Shown here: one piece after another, positions 59,457 to 64,000 of the stretch | Position numbering within the stretch: position 1 is the first letter of the stretch | Layout of the letters: each line of letters starts with the position of its first letter | DNA from: Planctomycetota bacterium | Lineage (GTDB): Bacteria > Planctomycetota > UBA1135 > UBA2386 | NCBI GenBank assembly: GCA_965223545.1 | Contig: OZ245006.1 | Span: 3,040,001 to 3,104,000, forward strand | DNA length: 64,000 nt | Reading direction: 5' to 3' | Made by a program: the position numbers and the translations under genes | Notes under the pieces: model-generated | What the model was told of the DNA's origin: nothing | The model's database searches: none | Seen by the model: the letters and a program-made list of their open reading frames with translations, nothing else

Positions 59457-61451
59457 TCAGAACCTCACCTGCAATCGCAGGAAGGCCGCGCGACCGGGCG
59501 TCACCACCGCCCCCGTACCGATAACGGAGGGGGCGTAGTCGGAGTCGTCCAGCAGATCCGTAACGCCGAGCATCACCTCGCCTTTGCCCTCGAAGACTCG
59601 TTGTGCCAACGTCAAGTCGAGCCGCTGCACCTCAGGCAGCCGCTCGATCTGGAACGACTGCGCCCACGTGCGAGAGCTGTACTTGTAGTTGAGCGATGCC
59701 GAGAGATCCCGGCACAGGTCCGCCCGGAGTCGCGCGCCGACCTTGTGCTGCGACGGACGCAGCGCGCGGATGCTCTGATTGCCTCGGTCGGGCTCGAACT
59801 CGTGGAACGCGTACCACACCGAACTGGTCAGCCACTCGCCCCGCCACGACGCTTCGGCCTCGACACCGTAGCCGTCGCCGCCGTCGATATTGACCAGCTC
59901 GGCTACCAACGGAAGCCCCGGCGACGCCAGGGCGAGCCCGATCAAGTCCTCGTAGCGCTGATAGTAGCCGTCGACACGTACGTCGAGACTCTCGGCCCAA
60001 CGATCGGAGTAGCCGAGCTCGATGCCGGCGACCTCCTCGTGCTCCTGTCCGCTGCCCGACTGCAACACGAACCCGGGGCGGTTGAGCCGCAGCCGCCGAA
60101 TGCCCGCAAGAGGGGCGCGAAACGCCCGGGCTGCGCTGGCACGAAGCGTCGTGGCCCGATCCTCCCAGGGCTGATAGAGGGCCGTCAGGCGCCCCGACCA
60201 ATCCTCGGTCGTTTCGGAGTAGTGATCGCCCCGCAGCTGCGCTTCAACCGCCACTCCCCTCGACACCTGCACGCGGCCGATGGCCAGCAGACCCGCCCAT
60301 AGCTCGTCGTACCCGTTCAGCGTCGGCTCCGCCTGGAACGGCTGGGCTTGACGCCCGTCGATCTCCACGGCGCGGAGGTTTCCGCCAACGGTCAGCGATG
60401 CGCCTCCCTCCCCCGCGAACGTCCACTGCCCTTCGACCTCGGTCTCCCGTGAGTCGACCTCGGTGAGAGAGGGAACGTTGTCGTCGTACCGGTTGTGTAC
60501 GATCTGCGCGTAGCCACTGCTGCCGGACGATGCCTCGTGCTCGAGACGGAGGTAGGCATTGGTCGTCCGCTGATGCCCGTCCTGGGACGGCTGCACCCCG
60601 AACATCGCGTAGTCGCCCACCTCGATGTCGTTGTAGCCGGCACCGAAACGGAGCGCCGTCCGCTCGCCCAAGGACAAGCGAAAGTCGGACGTCACCATCG
60701 GGTTGCGCGCGAAGTCACGCGGCAGTGCTCCGGGGTTGTCGGCAGGCGACGAAGCCTCGTGCTCCAAGTAGCCCGCGGAGACGCGCCAGCTGAGCGGCCC
60801 AGCCGTGTGCGCCCACCGCACGTAGGTGTCCGTGTCTCCCAGCTCGTTGATGGTGAAGGAGGAGGCGAACCCCGAGACTTCCTCTGGGCGCGCCGTAATG
60901 ATGTTCACGACCCCGTTGAATGCGTTCGGCCCCCAAGCGGCGCCGCCCGGCCCACGCACGACCTCGATCTGCTCGATGTCCTCCATGAACACGAGCATCC
61001 GCGCATACTCGGGCCCGCCGTACACCGGGTTGCTGGCCGTCCGGCCGTTGACCAGCGCGATCGTCCGGTCGGAGAAGGACTCGTGCATGCCGCGGATGCC
61101 GGCGGCCGGCCGGTTGCGGTCGAAGCGCAGCATGTCGACGCCAGGGGCAAACTGCAGCACTTCGGCGATCCTTGTCTGCCCACTGTAGTGGACGTCGTCA
61201 TAGCTGAGCACGGATACCGGCACGGCAGTCAACGTGATGGACTGCTGCTCCCGGGAGGCGCTGATCACCACCGGCAAGTCTTCGAACGCCAGCAGATCGT
61301 CCCACTCCTCGACGCCGTCCTCGGCGGTCGTTCCTACCGCCGGTGGATCGGCCGGTTCGACCTGCGCCGGTGGGTCAGGATCTTGACCGCGCAGGGGAAC
61401 GGCCGACGCCAAGAAGGCGACGGTCATGCACTTGAATCCAACTCTCGACAT
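59457..61451 (-). CDS. TonB-dependent receptor
   Basis: VISASR, plug VL..APGV, IRG, LVNGR, IEQIEVVRGPG.A.WG.NA.NGVVNIIT. C-terminal GR...LRLQVRF. Confidence 0.92.
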   Translation of the reverse strand: MSRVGFKCMTVAFLASAVPLRGQDPDPPAQVEPADPPAVGTTAEDGVEEWDDLLAFEDLPVVISASREQQSITLTAVPVSVLSYDDVHYSGQTRIAEVLQFAPGVDMLRFDRNRPAAGIRGMHESFSDRTIALVNGRTASNPVYGGPEYARMLVFMEDIEQIEVVRGPGGAAWGPNAFNGVVNIITARPEEVSGFASSFTINELGDTDTYVRWAHTAGPLSWRVSAGYLEHEASSPADNPGALPRDFARNPMVTSDFRLSLGERTALRFGAGYNDIEVGDYAMFGVQPSQDGHQRTTNAYLRLEHEASSGSSGYAQIVHNRYDDNVPSLTEVDSRETEVEGQWTFAGEGGASLTVGGNLRAVEIDGRQAQPFQAEPTLNGYDELWAGLLAIGRVQVSRGVAVEAQLRGDHYSETTEDWSGRLTALYQPWEDRATTLRASAARAFRAPLAGIRRLRLNRPGFVLQSGSGQEHEEVAGIELGYSDRWAESLDVRVDGYYQRYEDLIGLALASPGLPLVAELVNIDGGDGYGVEAEASWRGEWLTSSVWYAFHEFEPDRGNQSIRALRPSQHKVGARLRADLCRDLSASLNYKYSSRTWAQSFQIERLPEVQRLDLTLAQRVFEGKGEVMLGVTDLLDDSDYAPSVIGTGAVVTPGRAAFLRLQVRF

Positions 61452-61587
61452 CGATCAATTCCCTGCCGGTCAGCAATGCCCATTGTCCTGATCGACCGGA
61501 CGAGGCGCGGCACGTGAGGGCCACCGCGACGAATCGGCCACACCTACGCGGCCGAACCACTCGCCGCATGTTCCGCACCAAGCCGGT

Positions 61588-62901
61588 CTACGGACAGACC
61601 GGTACGGGCGCGCGCCGAGGCAGCTGCACGATGAAGACGGAACCTCCGTCGCGGCGGTTCTCCGCGTGGATCGTGCCACCATGCATGGCCACCACATCGC
61701 GGCAGATCGCCAGTCCCAGCCCGGTACCGCCCGCGCCCGACCGCGTTTGGCTCGACTGCGCGAACTTCTCGAAGATGGTCTCCAGCTCCGATTCGGGGAT
61801 GCCGACGCCGCGGTCGCGAATCTCGACAGTCACCGACTCGTCGGATTCGCGCACGTCGATCTCGATGTCCGAGTCGTTGCTGGAGAACTTGGCCGCGTTG
61901 CTCAGCAGGTTGCGAAACACCTGCTTGGCGAGTCCGGGGTCCAGCGCCATATCGACCGATTGCCCGGGGTGCAGCCATACGATTCTCAAACCGCGCGCCG
62001 AGATGTAGGAGCGAAACTCGTCGACCATCTCGTCGAGCAAGTGGGCGAGATCGACATCCTCCGGCCGCAGCTCCATCCTGCCGCTCTCCAGCTTGGCCAG
62101 GTCCAAGAGGTTGTTGAGCAAACCCAGGAGTGTCCGTCCACTGCGGTCGATCTGCTCGAAGAAGCTCAGCAGCCGCTCGGGCTCCACCTTCTCGATCCGG
62201 CGCATGCCGAAGCCGGCGAAGCTCAGTATCGAGTGCAGCGGCGTCCGTAGCTCGTGCGACATGTTGGCCAAGAACTCGCTCTTCGCCTGATTGGCCTGCT
62301 CGGCCTCTTGCTTGGCGGCGACCAGGGCGCTGGTCCGCTCCATGACACGTGCCTCGAGGAACTCGTGTTGGCGAGCCAACAAGTCCTCGGCCTCGCGCCG
62401 GCTAGTGATGTCGCGGACGATCACGATCAGATCGCCGCGCCCGATCGGCAACAACCGTGCCTCGAAGTATGCAGAGCGGCCGTCCAGGTCGAGCCCGTAC
62501 TCGACGGAAACCGACGTATCCGAGCCACGCACACTCCGCAGCGCACCGCAGATGGCACGCGCCGCCTGCGGCTGGGGCACGGCGTCGAACTTCTTGCCCA
62601 GCAGCTCCGGCGCGGTGATCAGCAAGTCGCGCTTGTCGCCGACGTGCAGGTTGCGGATCCGGTCTTCCTTGTCGAGCCACACGAACAGATCCGGACACGC
62701 CAGGAACACCGCCCGCATCTCGGTGTTGGCCTGCACCAGATCTCTCGAGCTCAGCTCGAGACTGCGCTCGAGCATGGCCCGATCGTCGTCACTCTCGCGA
62801 TAGGCGTCGTCGATCGCGGCGACGAAGGCGGACCACCGATCCGGCGGTTGTTGCTCGGTGCCGCCGTAGCGCTTGAGCTGACGCTGGAGTAACCGGTGCA
62901 T
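61588..62901 (-). CDS. Cytoplasmic PAS-domain histidine kinase
   Basis: MHRLLQRQLKR...DRAMLERSLELSS N-terminus, PAS ending VRDIT, FLANMSHELRTP, NLLSNAAKF, GGTGLGLAI. Confidence 0.93.
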   Translation of the reverse strand: MHRLLQRQLKRYGGTEQQPPDRWSAFVAAIDDAYRESDDDRAMLERSLELSSRDLVQANTEMRAVFLACPDLFVWLDKEDRIRNLHVGDKRDLLITAPELLGKKFDAVPQPQAARAICGALRSVRGSDTSVSVEYGLDLDGRSAYFEARLLPIGRGDLIVIVRDITSRREAEDLLARQHEFLEARVMERTSALVAAKQEAEQANQAKSEFLANMSHELRTPLHSILSFAGFGMRRIEKVEPERLLSFFEQIDRSGRTLLGLLNNLLDLAKLESGRMELRPEDVDLAHLLDEMVDEFRSYISARGLRIVWLHPGQSVDMALDPGLAKQVFRNLLSNAAKFSSNDSDIEIDVRESDESVTVEIRDRGVGIPESELETIFEKFAQSSQTRSGAGGTGLGLAICRDVVAMHGGTIHAENRRDGGSVFIVQLPRRAPVPVCP

Positions 62902-62915
62902 GCCGCCGTTTCTGA

Positions 62916-64000
62916 TCAGCGTTCGCTGAACGCGGTGATCGTCATCGTCTGGTTGTGCAGCTGGCAGGCGGCGTTCGGGGTGAACGGCGAAATCTCGCCG
63001 TACGAGTAGAACCCGGTCATCGTCGTGCCGGCGCCCAGCACCTCGCGCACGGCTTCCACCTCTTCTTCGATGCGCTGACGCAGGACGAGCTTCCGTCCGA
63101 CGCAGCTGATGAGGATCGCCAAGTCCGGCTCGGAGCTGCCGATCGCCTCGTAGCTGCTGCGGGCCGCGCCGGCGGCACCGTCCACCAAGCGGTCGAAGTT
63201 GGCCTTCATCAGCTGCGCGAAGGCTCCCTCGGGGACGTCGCCGGCAAACGTCATCGACTGCGTCTCCTCGTCGACGGCGAGGATGGTCCGCACGACGGGC
63301 GTCGCGCCGTCGCGGAACCGGACGGCCAACGGGTACAGAAGCCCGGTCGCCGGCAAGCCGTCGGCGTGCTCGCCCAAGTACTCCTTGTAGAGCGCCAGTG
63401 CGGACTTGCCATCGAGCTCGTGCAGGACGTTGCCGGTCGCCCGAGTGATCAGACGCTCCGGGCCGAAGGGATCCCAGCCACCCAGTGACGCGTAACCGAC
63501 CTTCAGGCGCTCACCGTACATGCCGAGGACTGCGACCTCGCCAGGGGCGGGGGCCTCGCCATCGGCCAGCACGAGGGTCTGCTCGAAGCGATCTCCATCA
63601 CCGGAAAGGCCGCCGGTCACGGTGACGCCCTCGGGCAGGTTGCTGGTCAGGCCGGCAACCAACTCACTGCCGTTGACCTGCAGGCCTTCGGAGATGACGA
63701 AGACGTGCACCAACCCCTCGGTGGCGAGCGATCCCGCCAGCCGCGCGCCGACCGCGTGGCTGTCGTCCGCGTCGTCCAGGTGGGCCCGCACGCACTCGAT
63801 GCGGGTGTCCTCGAATTCGACCGCGGTGGCGACCAAGGACTCGTCGCAGACTTCGATGTCGCGGATCTCGCCGGCTGTCGAGCAACCGATCACGTGCGCC
63901 TGCGGATAGGCGCTCCGCAGATCGGTCAGCCAGGTCGGGTCGCGCATGGCCGACGTACTGCCGAACGCGAACACCAGCTGCGCGGCGTTGACGCCGTTGG
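62916..64000 (-). CDS. FIST N/C domain sensory protein; 5' end outside the window
   Basis: GCSTAGEI, GGLSGDG, GW.PFG, ELDG..AL..Y..YLG, SCVGRK, GFYSYGEI, LHNQT. The frame is open to the window edge. Confidence 0.93.
   Translation of the reverse strand, partial: NGVNAAQLVFAFGSTSAMRDPTWLTDLRSAYPQAHVIGCSTAGEIRDIEVCDESLVATAVEFEDTRIECVRAHLDDADDSHAVGARLAGSLATEGLVHVFVISEGLQVNGSELVAGLTSNLPEGVTVTGGLSGDGDRFEQTLVLADGEAPAPGEVAVLGMYGERLKVGYASLGGWDPFGPERLITRATGNVLHELDGKSALALYKEYLGEHADGLPATGLLYPLAVRFRDGATPVVRTILAVDEETQSMTFAGDVPEGAFAQLMKANFDRLVDGAAGAARSSYEAIGSSEPDLAILISCVGRKLVLRQRIEEEVEAVREVLGAGTTMTGFYSYGEISPFTPNAACQLHNQTMTITAFSER

Overview
High-GC (roughly 70% by eye) bacterial DNA with about 36 CDS. I found no rRNA, tRNA, CRISPR array or transposase. 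The protein style suggests a Planctomycetota lineage such as OM190/UBA1135, but this is inference. The main feature is a dispersed glycine/malonate hybrid NRPS-PKS locus at 6.5-45.8 kb. It has two paralogous docking-C-A(Gly)-PCP-KS-AT-KR-ACP genes, a stand-alone docking-C-A(Gly)-PCP gene, and a KS-AT0-KR0-ACP gene ending in an acidic docking peptide. Nearby are a triple-domain hydrolase, a PAPS-dependent sulfotransferase and an APC-permease/2OG-Fe(II) oxygenase fusion. No thioesterase, loading module or PPTase is visible. The two large synthase genes share two near-identical blocks (1.37 kb and 1.99 kb) with strong GC skew and sharp edges, matching GRINS gene-conversion elements. Four unrelated secreted proteins carry a shared ~120-aa C-terminal domain, and all 12 apparent SPase-I substrates have Gln at +1. 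Two trans-envelope signalling cassettes are present: porin/binding protein/di-haem peroxidase/MCP, and FIST/HK/TonB receptor/binding protein/HK/receiver/DUF4388. Start codons were chosen by eye and all family calls come from motif recognition, not database searches.
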